Program-made: the position numbers and the translations under genes
Notes under the pieces: model-generated
Databases searched by the model: none
The model's input: only the letters and a program-made list of their open reading frames with translations
Told to the model about the DNA's origin: nothing
Shown here: positions 24,697-42,665 of the stretch, one piece after another
How the letters are laid out: the number at the start of each line of letters is the position of its first letter
Numbering within the stretch: position 1 is the first letter of the stretch
Origin: the human T2T-CHM13v2.0 reference genome, Homo sapiens
Direction of reading: 5' to 3'
DNA: 64,000 nt
Assembly (NCBI GenBank): GCA_009914755.4
Contig: CP086569.2
Coordinates: 24,832,001 to 24,896,000, forward strand

Positions 24697-25020
24697 ATAT
24701 GAGTTGAAATTCCTTAAGTCCTTTGATAAACTTCAGTATTGTTTTAATGTGTCTTGTCATCTCATTTTTTTATTACTACAATTCAAGGAGTTTATTTAAA
24801 GACAATTTGGGAAGGTTAACAGCTACAAATTTTTAAGAAGTAATTGAACTTTACCCAGGTGGTTGATAAGTCAACTATACAACTTAGAGTTCTTGTGCAT
24901 TATGTCTTCTGGCCAATTCAAAGTACTATATTTTCATTGATTATAAAGCAAATTATCCTTTTCAACTTTCAAAACAGAAACCAAAAACAAACAAACAAAC
25001 AACAACAACAACAACAAAAC

Positions 25021-25190
25021 AGGCTGAATGTTGTGGCTTACACCTGTAATTCCAGTACTTTGGGAGGCCAAGCAGGGAGGATTGCTCAAGCCCAAGTGTT
25101 TGAAGCTGCAGTGAGCTATGATTGCACAAGTACGTTCCCACATGGGCCAAAGAATAAGGCCCTGTCTCAAAGAGCAACAACAAAAAGCCA
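25021..25190 (+). mobile_element. Short Alu or FLAM-like element, preceded by (CAAA)n/(CAA)n at 24960-25020.
   Basis: ggctgaatgttgtggcttacacctgtaattccagtactttgggaggccaagcagg...ccctgtctcaaaga. Confidence 0.75.
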
Positions 25191-25249
25191 ACGATCATAA
25201 AGTTTTCAAGACGAACTTTTATCAAGGTGCAAGAATTAGACATGAAAAA

Positions 25250-26130
25250 TTACAAAATACTGCTGAAATAAATTCCAGAAACCCTTCATAAACGTAAAGA
25301 TACTCAGTGCTTTTGGATTAGAAGATGATTCTTATGTGACAATACTGCACAAAGCAAACTACAAATTCATTGTGATTTCTATGAAAATACCAAAGTCCTT
25401 TTGGCAGAAATGGGCAAGCCAATTCTAACATTCATATACATTTCAGGGGATGCTGAATAGCCAAAATATTCTTGAAAACAAAAACAAATATTGCTGCTAA
25501 GCAGCAGTCATCAAAACAGCATAATACTGGTGTAAGGACACACACAGAGGTCAATGGAACTGAAGGTTAATTCCAACTGTACCTCTATAGTCAATTGATT
25601 TTTGACAGGTAACCAAGATCAGTAAATTCAACAAATGCTGTTATGCAACTGAATACCGCATTCAGACAAAGAAATTGTACTTTTCTCACAACAGAACATA
25701 AAATTAACAGAAAATGTTTCAAAGCCTACATATTAGAGGTAAAAAAAGAAACTTTAGAAGAATATATGGGGATAGATCTTCATAATGTTGGATTTAGCAG
25801 TGGTTTCTTAGATCTGATACCAAAAGCACAGTCAACTAAAGAAAGAATTTTCTCAAAATTAAACATTTTTGTGCATCAAAAGACACTGTCAAGAAAGTGA
25901 AAAGACATGGTACAGAAAGGAAGGCTTGCATTTTATGTATGTAACAACAGTCTGCTATCGACAATGTATGAAGACTTTGCATACCTCAGTAACAAAATAA
26001 AAGACAAACAATCCAGGTACAAAACAGAGAAGTAGTTGAATACACACTTCACCAAAAAGACATGCATATGGAATACAAGCACATAAAAAGATGACCAGTA
26101 AAATATATAAGTTTTACTCCATCAGGTGTT
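25250..26130 (+). mobile_element. Old L1 (L1M/L1PB-like) ORF2 C-terminal fragment.
   Basis: Translation ...GIDLHNVGFSSGFLDLIPKAQSTKERI.KLNIFVHQKTLSRKVKRHGTE.KA... compared with L1 ORF2 ...NLHDLGLGNGFLDMTPKAQATKEKIDKLDFIKIKNFCASKDTIKKVKRQPTEWEKI... Confidence 0.7.
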
Positions 26131-27589
26131 TCCTAAATAAGCTTTTCTCATAGTCATGTGATTCCGTGTGGGAAAATTAGTCCTATCCAGCTCGACTTAA
26201 GGAGCAGCTAAGTTAACAATACTGCTGGGGAGCAAGTTTGCTTGGATGAGAAAATAAATACCTGGCAAGAAATAATATTCTGAAATGAAAACTTTCTTGC
26301 TGGACTAAAGTTTCCAGTAGAGCTGATAGTTTGTCCCTCAGCCTCCATGGGCCCAAAATTTATCATCCAGCAGGAAGTAATAAGGGAAGTCATTAAGTTA
26401 ATGAGGTACATGGGTACACAAATGCCCCAAGTCTCATATCAAAGCTGTGACATAATTACATACCCTCACAGCATTTCAATATTCAAATATTAACAATTCA
26501 TCTGCTTAAATATCTAAGCTTACTTTATTTACTTTACACTATACAGTTAAGGAGGTTTACAAATATTTATATGAATTGTCATGTCGTGTTCTAGGGCTTT
26601 TTTGTCACTTAAATGTATTGATGGACTACGTTACATGTAAGTACTTAAACCTAACATAACTTGGAAATAATAACACACGGTTACGGAAGATAGCAAGGTA
26701 ACAGTCTGCCCGATAAATTCTTATGTAATTTCAATAATTAATAGTGTCATTAGTCTTCAGCACTGAGATGTTTTATTTACTAATTTCCCCAAACATGAAC
26801 TTTCATTGCATTAACTATTATTTCCTTGATTTATAAATTGAGAGTGATCTCATCAATTATCTAACAAATAATGAATTTCTTTTTATCTTTAGAAACAGCA
26901 CATCATTATCTTTTCTACAGTTAAATAGCACAAGCTCTGACTTTATTAGCTGGACAAAGCCTTGGGAAATTAGATAAGTGTGGGCACTAGGTGAATAGAT
27001 TGAGAGATAGCACATAAAATTCCTGAGACACTCCAGACACTGTGTTACCACAATTAAAATCAGATGAGACTGCAGGTAGTTGAGCAGACTGAGTGGGCAC
27101 AGGAAACAGGCAGGAGAACTTGGGGTCTGCAGCTATGGTGAGTTCTATGGTTCTTGTTCTAAGGTCAGTGGGAAACCATTGGCAAAATTAAATCAGGAGA
27201 GTGACAGGATGAAACTTGTGTTTGTAAGTGAATATTTTGCCATTACCCTTACCAGTACCAACCCTGTATTTCCCGATGTTGTAGTTATGTGGTGGTACCC
27301 TTGGAGAATGTCTCCACTTTTTGTAAAACCCACTGGGATATTTTGCATAAAGCTTCAAATCTGGCACAGCAGAAACCACTGGAGATTCTGGGAGAGAGGA
27401 TTACTCTATACTAATAGCTATTGGAAGTTTCCTAGAAGTATGAAATTATTGAGAAATAAACTACTTTTTAATAAAAACAACCATGTCAATACCTTGTCAC
27501 TAAAGCAGAGACAACAACATCAAACATCATTATAGAGGCCAAATCCAACCCAAATCCAGCTCAGTGGAAGCTCTGAAAAAAAGTGCCCT

Positions 27590-28180
27590 GGTAAGAGTAG
27601 GAATGTTATGACAGCATTGCAGGTGTTACATCTTTATGTTGAGAGTTACATCAGTAATTATGGGTGTTACATCATATTATGGTTGTTTCATTTGTATTAC
27701 AAATGTTGTGTTAGTATTATGGGTGTTAGTATTACCGGTGTTACATCAGTATTACAGTTGTTACATCAGTATTACGGTTGCTATATTTGTATTGCAGGAT
27801 GATATAATGGTATTATGAGTGGTATAATGGTATTATGAGTGTTACAGTTGTATTACAGGTGTCAGGACAGCATTATTACACAAGTGTTATGGATGTTTCA
27901 TTTGTATTGTGGGTTGTATATTGGTATTATGAGCTTGGCACTTGTATTATGGGTCTTAGATAAGTATTCCGGTTGTTATATTTGTGTTTCAGATGGTATA
28001 CTGGTATTATGAGTGTTTTATTGCTGTTAATGAGTGTTACAGTGGTAATACGGGTGTTAGATGAGTATTTCAGGTGTTACATTAGTATTACGAATGACAC
28101 ATCTGTATTATGGTTGATATATTTGTTTACAGATGTTATATTTCTATTACAGATGTTATATGATGAATGATACATTTGTG
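27590..28180. repeat. Degenerate minisatellite with a period of about 20 bp (unit about GGTGTTACATCAGTATTACA), about 29 copies.
   Basis: Examples: gttgttacatcagtattaca / gttgttacatcagtattacg / gttgctatatttgtattgca around 27740-27800. Also a local exact duplication, ggtataatggtattatgagtg, repeated twice. Confidence 0.85.
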
Positions 28181-28655
28181 GCACGAGGCCACGGTGTGGA
28201 CCTGGCATTGTGGCCACCACAAATTGTGTGTGGGGAAGGACGTTGGGGTGCACTTAAAGCCATGGGATATTTTTATGTTTAATTTTCCACAAGAAGCCCT
28301 TCTCCTGGGTCCCTGATCCTCAGCAGTCAGAGGGAAATTTTTATTTACCACTCCCTCCAGCTGTCCCACAGCAAGGCGTTGTTGCTCTGGTCTGTGCTGA
28401 GAAGAACGCTGCTCTCCCCCTCAAGCAGCATGCGCTGAAAACACCTGCACTCCCAGGGTCAGAAAAGGCAGACTCTTGCGTCCCCTGCTAGCAGCCGGAA
28501 GAACTGCAGGACACTCATGGTCAAGGTGAAGCAGCCGCGTGCGTGCGACGCCCCACCTGGCTGGCCTGCGGCACCAAATAAAAGCAGAGGTCAGACTGTT
28601 CAAAGCCGTCATTTTAGAAATTCAAATGGAAATGTTGCCTATTATCTTGGTTTCT
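28180..28655. other. GC-rich, CpG-containing unique block between the minisatellite and the L1 tail. Possibly LTR-derived.
   Basis: About 10 CpGs in about 470 bp (gcagccgcgtgcgtgcgacgcc); ...ggcaccaaataaaagcagaggtcagactg... contains AATAAA. Local composition contrasts with the AT-rich flanks. Confidence 0.35.
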
Positions 28656-28659
28656 TTTT

Positions 28660-29350
28660 TTATTATTATTTTAGTTTCAGGCGTACATGTGAAGGTTTGT
28701 TATATAGGTAAACTCCTGTCATGGACGTTCGTTGTACAGATTATTTCATCACCCAGGTATTAAGACTAGAACTCAATAATTATTTTTCCTGCTGGTCTCT
28801 CTTTTCCCACCCTCCACCCTCAAGTAGGTCCCATGTCTATTGTTCCCTTCTTTGTGTTCATGAGTTGTCATCATTTAGCTCCCACTTCTAGTGAAAATAT
28901 GTGGTATTTGGTTTACTGTTCCTACATTACTTTGCTAAAGATAATATCCTCCAGCTCCATCCATGTTCCCTCAAAGGCATAACTGTATTCTTTTTTATGG
29001 CGGCATAGTATTTTTTGTGAGTATGTGCCACATTTTCTTTAATCCAAACCATCACTGATGGGCATTTAGATTAATTCCATGTCTTCTGTTGGGAATAGTC
29101 CGCATGAACATTTGCATTCATGTGTCTTTATGGTATAATGATTTATATTCCTTTGAGTACATATCCAGTAAAGGGAATGCTGGGTTGAACAGTAGTTCTG
29201 CTTTCCAGTCTTTGAGGAATTGCCCTACTGCTTTCCCCAACAGTTGAACTAATTTACATTCCTACCAACAGTGCATAATTTTTCCTTGGTTTCTGTAACC
29301 TCGCCTGCATCTGTTATAACTTTTCTTTACAATAATAGCCATTCTGACAG
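28660..29350 (-). mobile_element. L1 3'-end fragment (3'UTR plus end of ORF2), antisense, older copy.
   Basis: The poly-T/(ATT)n start at about 28660 is the reverse complement of the L1 A-rich tail; ...cctacattactttgc... ...ccattctgacaggtatgagatggtatctcac... are reverse complements of the L1 3'UTR and ORF2 end. Confidence 0.7.
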
Positions 29351-29559
29351 GTATGAGATGGTATCTCACTTTTTTTTTTGCTTTGATTTGCACTTCTTTA
29401 ATAATCAATAATATCGAGCTTTTAAAAATAAGTTTATTGGCTGCCTGTATGTCCTTTGAAAAGTGTGTGTTCACACTTCTCACAAGAAGACATTTATGCA
29501 GCCAACATACGAAAAATGCTCATCATCACTGGCCATTAGAGAAATGCAAACTACCATGC

Positions 29560-34085
<4,526 letters not shown>

Positions 34086-34199
34086 TTTTTTTTTTTTTAA
34101 TGGTGAAGGAGCCATTAACTGGAAATGTAAAACTATGCAAATTCTAGAAGAAAGCACAGACATAAATGTATGTGATCTTGGATTTGGTCATAAGTTTTA

Positions 34200-34640
34200 A
34201 CAAATGACAACAAAGCCGATCAGCAATGGTAAAAAAAAAATTAATAATTTAAGGTTTCTCATATTAAAAGCTTATACTCTGAGTAAAATCTTGTTCAGGA
34301 AATAGAAAGATAAGCAACACACTGAAAATAAATATCTGCAAAATACAGATCTGGGTAAAAACTTGCACTGAAAATACACCAATCTTGAAACTCAAAAATA
34401 AGATATAATACCTAATTAACAATGAGTAAAGAGCTGAACACACCAATGAAAATACGAAGATGGCAAGCAAACAAAAAGATGCTCAAACTCATATATCTTT
34501 AAGTGACTGAAAATTACAACAATGAGTTAGCATGGCTCATCTATATTTGTTGGAACTACTAAACCATTTTTAAAACATGACAACTGATTTGCTGCAGGAA
34601 AAACAACAATTCATTCATTGTTTGTGGAATGCATGATGGC
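34200..34640 (+). mobile_element. L1M ORF2 C-terminus and start of 3'UTR, sense orientation, abutting the 5' end of the antisense L1.
   Basis: ...FIHCLWNA*WHRKKK... compared with L1 ...HCWWECKMVQPLWK...; gtggaatgcatgatggcacag matches the L1M 3'UTR start. Confidence 0.5.
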
Positions 34641-35261
34641 ACAGAAAGAAAAAGAACTCTTTCAAACTCTCATATTAACCTGAAAGCCTGTTTCTATCCT
34701 CTATCATACACACAAGGTGCTATTTGGTCTACCTTTTGGTGACAGACTCGAGATCCAATATAATTTGTGCATCTGTAAGAAGTAGCTGGGATCCAGACAG
34801 AAGGCAGATGGTCCCCACAGTCAAAGTCATCTAAGAACTTTTTAATAAAGAGGGACTTATTCAGGGTATCTAAAAAAGATGGTGGAGTTCCCTGGGATAG
34901 TAACAGGACCATACTCTTTGTACTCCTTGGGAATGGAGAATTAGGGGAGAGAGAAATTCTCAGCACTGGAGAGACAGAGATGGTTCAGAGCACTTGAAAG
35001 ATGTCATCACAGGCACTATGACCTCTCTGGGACTTGAGATGAAGCAGCCAGTCTAGGGCCACTGTATGTGGAGGCTGGTGTCCCCACTAGCCAAACCCAA
35101 TCAGCAGGCAGAGAGCAAAAAAATGCCTTGATACCATCTAGAGGCAGGTTAGCAGAGTTTAATCCAGAAATCATAATTTTATAAATCTTTCCAATTTAAG
35201 CCTCCTTTACAAGTATAAAACATAGTTTTATACTGACTTAGTATGAATCACTAATACATGC

Positions 35262-35498
35262 AAGCCATGCACAGTGGCTCATGTCTGTAATCCTGGCTAT
35301 TTGTGAGGCCCAGGCTAGTGGAACATTTTGGTGAAAAGATTGAGACCAGCCTGGCCAACATGGTGAAACCCTGTCTCTATTAAGCATATAAAAATTAGCT
35401 GTGTGTGTGTGGAGCGGGTGGGGGGGGGGGCGGTAAATTCCTGTAGTCTTACCTACTTGAGAGGCAGAGGCAGGAGAATTGCTTGAACATAGGAGGTG
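35262..35498 (+). mobile_element. Alu, 3'-truncated, with a poly-G run at 35410-35440.
   Basis: caagccatgcacagtggctcatgtctgtaatcctggc...gaggcagaggcaggagaattgcttgaac. Confidence 0.85.
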
Positions 35499-35986
35499 GA
35501 CATATGGTTTAAGAGATGCATGTTTTTATTTTTATTCTCTTCCAGTTTTTCTTCCTTTAGTAGTAAATAGTCACTTATCTCTTGAACACTTTCATTCACA
35601 ATATATTTGTTTTGTTATTGCCGAAGACTGTGCTTTGACACACATTAACTCAATCTGAAACTTAAAAAGGAAAATTTGCATTTGAATGATGACTTTACAG
35701 TGCTGCAAAAGTAAAAGCTGGCAGGCTCCTTTTAGCATAGCGTCACAATTTAACTGAGGTCACTGAACCGATGTCTGAATCTCTGCAATAAGACCCAAAC
35801 TACAGTAACAAAAATTGTCTTCTGCCCTGCAGTTGGGGCAGAGGAAGTTTTATGGACAACATCCCATGAAGCAAGTCCTTCTAAGTAAGATTATAACCTC
35901 ATTTTGCATAGGCATTGAAGAACTTAAAACAGTCACTCATCATAGCAATATAGATTTGTTTTAAATATGAAAAGGTAAGGTAAAAA

Positions 35987-36602
35987 TGGCCAGGCATGGT
36001 GGCTCCCGCCTGTAACTCCAGCACTTTGGGAGGCCAACATGAGAGGATAGCTTGAGCTCAGAATTTCCAGACTACCTTGGGCAACAAGGAAAAACCCGGT
36101 CTCTACTAAAAGTGCAGCCGGACACTGGCTCAAGCCTGTAATCCCAGCACACTGGGAGACCATCATGGACAGATCACTTGAGGTAAAAAATTTGAAACCA
36201 CCCTAGCCAACATGGTGAAACCCAATCTCTACTAAAACTATAAATATTAGCCAGGCATGGTAGCAGGTGTCTGTATTCCCCGCTACCCAGGAGGTTGAAA
36301 CAGGAAAAATCACTTGAAAACAAAGGCAGTGGTAGCAGTGAGCCCAGTTTGCATCATTACACTCAAGCCTGGGCAACAGAACGAGACTCCATCTTAAAAA
36401 AATTAAAAAGTAAAAAACAAAAACAAAAAAAAGACATAATTTTCTTGGTGTGGTGGGGTATGGCTATAATCCGAGCTTCTCGGGAGGTGGAGACACAAGA
36501 ATTGCTTTACCCTGGGAGGTGATGATTGCAGTGAGCCGATATAACACTAGTGCACTCCACACTGAATGACATAATGAGGCTCAGTCTCAAAAAAAAAAAA
36601 AA
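35987..36602 (+). mobile_element. Nested Alu pair: host Alu at 35987-36118 and 36445-36602, split by a second Alu at 36119-36432.
   Basis: ggccaggcatggtggctcccgcc...ctactaaaagtgcagcc | ggacactggctcaagcctgtaatccc...ccatcttaaaaaaa... | ttggtgtggtggggtatggctataatccgagcttctcgggaggtggag...ctcaaaaaaaaaa. Confidence 0.8.
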
Positions 36603-39600
36603 GTAACATTTTGTGTAGAGCTTTTCTTTTCTTAGTATTCTCTATGTCATATTTGAATAAGAAGGCATACAAAGTTCTCACAAAAGTTCAACTTGCAAAA
36701 ATGTTTTAAGTGCCTAAAATTCCAGCTTCATCTTCAGACAGCAAGCATAAAAATAAACAGAAAATTAAACAAGCAATGGCAGGTGATAAATGCATTGCAT
36801 TTAGTTTTAATATGTGAGATAACACTATAATGTCAAAAATTTTAGCTGCTGCTGATGAAAGGAAAGAACAGGTTAATGTAGAAACAGAACAATAATAATA
36901 TTGGCCACCTGCTATGAACTAGGCTCATACGTTAACTCACTGAATTCCCTCAACAACCCTATAATGTGGAAAACATCCTAGGGTTTACAGCTGAGGAATC
37001 TGCAATCAAAGGACCTGCCCAAAGGCACACAAGAAATTAGGACACAGATAGGATTCAAGGAGGACTCTAAGAATCAAAGCACTGTCTACACTTTCATATA
37101 TGATGTTGATTGAAATTAAGAACTGTTGAGTTAACTTTAGTCATCCCCATCTTTGCCGTAGAAATGGCAGTTTAAACATCTCGAGAGAAAAATTTTGGAT
37201 AAATTATACATGACTAAAATTGTGTATGTTCATTAAAATCTATTTCAAAAAAATATGCTAAACAATTCCTTGAGTTCTTACATAAAACTTACAGATTGAT
37301 TGAGTTCCTCCTTTTTTGTATTACTAACTGTGAGTTCGTCTTGCAAGTAAACAGCTTTTCCTGAAAGAAATAGCCCTTTAAACACCATAATGTTTTCCTT
37401 GTGAATACAAAAGCTATTTAATATTTATGGCCAGTATGTCAGACCTAATGACCATTATTTTATAATATGAAATAGCCTGTGTAGGGGACAAAACTTTCAC
37501 AGGCAAGTAAGAAATAAGCCCTGTTAGCTAACAGGTGATGTGAAGCTATAACTGTCATCTATGTGGTGAAATTCCACCATCTACACCTGCTAACCAGAGA
37601 GGTTTTAAGTTCCTTGAAGAAGAAGATCTGTCTGTTACTATATTGTAAAAGACAATATTGTTATTGTATTGTAGGTATTACTTTGTCATTTTCATTTTAT
37701 TTAACTTGAATCTATGTAGATATAATATCAAGGCAAAATTTGCTACATAGATGATGGTAGTAATTTATAAAAGAAGGGTTAGTCTCCACAAGATAGTAGT
37801 AAAAGCGGAAGCCACACACTGGGTGTCTGGACATCAAATAACCACCCTTGGTGTACTCCCAATAGTCTAATTGAAAATTCCAACAAAACGTCACCTCTCC
37901 TAACAGGCAATTTCCTAAAAATATATTGAAATATAAAATATCTGAAGATTGAGACATTACTCATCTTCCAGTTTCAAGTGAAATATACACAAGAAATCAG
38001 GAGGTTATATGTAAAGTAAAAATATTATAAATAAAAAATATTTTAGAAGGCCACAAAATAAGAAGCTATGTCACAGGAAACAGAGAAGTTAAAGTTTTTC
38101 CTTAAGTGGAAAAGAACATATCTCATGCTAAAAGTAATAGGCACCAGAGGCAATAAGTTGCTGCCACCTTGATAATTACAGGTTTTTCAAAATATATTGA
38201 AATAAAGCTTATTAAAAATACAGAAACAATCACTGGCCTTTCTGACTATATAAAATATTAAAAATAATGGTTTCTCAAAAGGCAGTGAAGACAATTTTTT
38301 TAATTTTACATAATTAAAATTACAAAAAATATGAACTATCGAAGAGACAATGAAACATAAAGTTTTTTTTTTGTTTTTTTAGAATATAAAACAGACCCAA
38401 ATTGGGAAGCTAATAACCTGTATCAAAACTGAAAACTACAGCTACTTACCCCACCCAAACCTCACCTTTATTCTTCCTTTTCTCTCCAATCAGTCAATTA
38501 GTTCTAATGATGGAGTCATCCATTAGTTCAAGTTGTTACCTGATATTTATAATGAGTCAATATAAATTTCATAGTTATCTCTCCAGAAAGATGGTTATCA
38601 ATGTGGGAGCTTATCTACGGTACAGGTGAACCTGAGGGCACTGAAGACGACATTACGTGAACTTCAATGTCCCTCAGTACTAAAGCCAGGGATAGGAATT
38701 TCAAACATAACATGTCCAGTAAAACCCTGCCTTGATGTTATAAAGCACCATCATACGAAATGGAGGGTTATGTTGTCATAAGGTTACTGAAAGCATCACT
38801 TTCCAGTTGGTCTCAGGTGACCCAAAGAGCAAGGAAGAAAAATAAATGTACACAGCACACGGCAGACTCAATCCCACATGATAATTAGACAATCACTTTC
38901 ATCCCACCTGTACTATCTGCCTAGGCCAAACAAATGTAAGGACTTTTGTGCCTAGGGAACAAGCACAGTCTGGGGAACTAGGTGCTAAGAGCATTGTATC
39001 TGAATTAGCAGTACCTAAAGGCATATTTTCACAGTTTTACTTTTCTTTCCCAGCTTTTACAAGCTGTCTTTTGATTCCAAAAGGATAAAGAAACACTCCT
39101 GTGGTGAACAGTCCCCAAACTCCAACACTTGCCAAAGTCATACGAGAATTCCCAATGCCAGAAAGACACCATGCAGACCATGGAAGCTGTCAAAATGATA
39201 CCAAATAGTTCAGTAGCTCCATAATGATATAAAATTAACAAACATACTTTAATACATGTATTCCTGAAAATTCAGTAACTACAGAAACTTCATGTTAGCT
39301 CTTTTAATGTAGAAACTGACAAAAAAATTGGATAAAATACATCATTTTATAAGTAAAAAATAAAGTTTCTCATGGTTAGGAGTAATATGTACCAGAAGCA
39401 GTAAGCTGCTGCCAACTTCTTGACAACTACGGAGTTATCAAAATATATAGAGAATATATTAGGAATTCAGAATCTATAAAAAAACTAGTCTTTTTTTGAA
39501 GATAGAATTTGTTTATAGAATAACCTCAAGAAAGCTTTGCAAGTTCTGTGTAATGGAATATTCATGATAAATTATGAGGAAGGCAATAAAAGGAGACCAA

Positions 39601-40831
39601 ATAAATGCCCAGGGCACCTGAGTTGCGTCATTTCCTCCTGATACGTAAACTACAAATATTAGCTAAGAATTTTTTATGTGTTTGATGCTTTCAAACCCAC
39701 TGAAAAGTGACCACATGGGCATAAGGTCTTAGCACTGAGGTATTACTCACTGATATAAAAGATCAGAGTAGAGAAAAGCCAAAGTAATCATAATTGTCCA
39801 TATTTTCTTTCCCTCTATCAATTTTTGCCTCAAATAGTTAATTTTACCTCCTTTCTTTTGATTCTGGCTTTGCAGAATCATGAAGGAATACAAGGAACAT
39901 GTTCACTGACAAACATTTGGACCACTAAGTGTAATTTATACATTGTTAGATATCCCCATCATTGTGGCACTATGAGTGGGGTAGAGGAAAATGTAACTGA
40001 AAGTGATTATAATTGAAACTTTACAGCTTATCAACTATGCAACCTGAGTAAATCACAATGTGCACTGCCCTTGATAAGTATTTGAGAAGACACAAGGAAG
40101 AAGAACAGAGGACGTGCTTTTCTATACCTTGTCTTTTAAAAACTACTCTAACTCAAATGTGAGAAAGTATAGGCTATTGATAAACATATGTATTTTTTTG
40201 AACACTAAAGTTTGCATAAGATGGAAACCTTAGAATACTTCCTTAGTTTTTGTTTTATGTTTCTGCCAATGTAATTTAAACAAATTACTTCTTCAAACGT
40301 GCCAAAGCATTATGCTAGAAGTTTGTATTTTAGGTTTCTGTGATAGGTCTCCTCAAGACACTTTGTATTCTGCTCCCATCTACTAAGTCCTCAGTCATGC
40401 TTTTATATTTTTCTTCCTGGAGTTTATGGGTTCTGAAATTAGCAGAAACATAAAGTAAATAAACTATAATAGCTGAGTTAACACATTTAGGAAAAGCATC
40501 ATGTGGCATGTTTTTAGTTCAACAGACTAAAACTAGTACATGACAGTTACTACTGGGACGTAAAACAAAAGAACCAGAAGTCCTCAGTGTATTTTATGAA
40601 CCGACCTAGTTACAATGTGTTGAAACTAGCAGAAGCAGGGGGCTGTGGCATATGACTGAGAAGAGTGGGAGGGTCTCTTACTGAGGGGAGTGAGAGAGTC
40701 TCAATGAAGAAGTGATTTCTCATAGAAGATAATTAACACTTAAACAATAGCTAAAGGTGATAAACGGTCCAAATCAATTCTGGGATGAAAGAATAATACT
40801 GTTAGTTACAAAGTCATAAAAGTGCACTTAT

Positions 40832-41129
<298 letters not shown>

Positions 41130-41261
41130 GTGTACTTATGTATTTGAATCTTCTATAATGCTCTTTGTAACTCTGGAATTTAATTAATTATCTCATAGAT
41201 ATGTAAGGTACAATATTTGTTTTTCTCACTTAATAATCTATCAGCTTTAGTCAAGTATGGT

Positions 41262-41385
41262 AGCCTTCAGCTATAATCCCAGCTTTGCAGAATGCTGAGG
41301 CAGGAGAATCACTTGAGCCCAAGAGTTTCAGACCAGCCTGGACAACATAGCATGACCCTGTCTCTTAAAATCAAAACAACACCAC
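41262..41385 (+). mobile_element. FLAM-like free Alu monomer.
   Basis: tataatcccagctttgcagaatgctgaggcaggagaatcacttgagcccaagagtttcagaccagcctggacaacatagcatgaccctgtctc. Confidence 0.6.
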
Positions 41386-42665
41386 CAAATAACCCTACAA
41401 AACAAACAAAAAAACCCTATGGATTGAATACTGATCAAGTACCAAAAGAGAGGGCAACAGATAGATGGGTCGTTCCAGGCTTCCAAATACTTAAGAATAA
41501 AATAATTTTCATAGTGAGACTTCAAGTCACCCATTGCACTGATTCCTAAGCCAGGGAGGTGGATTTACAGGTGATGAGATTCAGCCATCCTGAGAAGTTC
41601 TATAAAACACTGACTAGTCTAAGAACAGTTAAAGGCTCCAGGTATTAGCTCCCTCTGCTGGTAATCTGGAAAGCCATGGAGAGATAAACTACATTGATTT
41701 AGTATATATGCTGAGAGAAGGGAAAAGGAGTAGAGAAAATGGAGGTTAAAAAAAGTGGCACACTCTCTCTGCCCAAAAGTTGTTTCTCTTTTTTTTCTCT
41801 ATCTCGATTAATTTACCTTTTCATTGTTCCCAAAAAGAGAGTAAGGTACACAGCGAGCTGAAATAAAAAAAAAATCAAACCTAGAGAAGTGAGAAAACAA
41901 CATTAAATAAGATGGAGACAAATTCTTTAATGAGCTAAAATCCCTAAATTATCTTTGGGTGTCAATTAACAGCACATTCCCAATAGAAAAGAAGGCTTCT
42001 TGTGCAAACCACAGACAGGTGAGATTGCTGTCAATCCCAGATAATATATGAATGATAAAACATTTCTGAGCACTTGGACAATGCGAATAGCATTGAGAAA
42101 TAGTTTCATCCAGTACAAGTCAAGTCAAACCACAATACTTCCTTTTTTTGAGCACAGAGCTGGTAAAAGACGCAGGCCTGGATATTTGGAATTCAGTCAC
42201 AATACATAAACACACAAAACTATCAGACCTGAAGGACTGAAGTTAACTTTAAAACATATGATCTGTTCAAGTATTAACAGTGTCTCCAAATTTTCTGTTT
42301 GATGTTACTGTAGCCTGGTGATAACACCTCATTCTGCCTTTCATCTTAACAGTTAACATTTCAAAAGCACAGCCTTCGCGTTTGTTTCTCTTAAAGTGTA
42401 AATTCTAATGCTGCGTGATACCACCTTTACAAAAAAAGAATTCTACTTGGTAATAAACATGAGAATATTTAGACATATATTTAGTAATTCTTTTTAATCT
42501 CATCATTCTGAATATCCAAAATAAACATACATACCTGCAATTCAAAAGCTTCAACTCTCTGCTTCAGCTCTGCTTTTCTTTCTCTTAACAGATACATATC
42601 TTTAAGTAAAAGAAGACTTTGAGCATAAAGTTTCTCATTTCAACTGGTAAAAAAGCATTAATTTT

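Noticed and set aside
24344-24799. KERK-repeat and FLSF-repeat ORFs. The same applies to 51848-52525 and 56314-56726.
   Set aside because: They are translations of (AAAG)n, (AAGG)n and (TTCC)n microsatellites, not genes.
27590-28180. The 20-bp tandem array as a CRISPR-like repeat-spacer structure.
   Set aside because: The repeats abut each other with no spacers and are about 25% degenerate. It is a minisatellite in primate DNA.
28180-28655. A CpG island or promoter of a cellular gene.
   Set aside because: Only about 10 CpGs in about 470 bp, no adjacent exon-like ORF or splice-donor context, and it is embedded between a minisatellite and an L1 tail. It is kept only as a low-confidence, possibly LTR-derived block.
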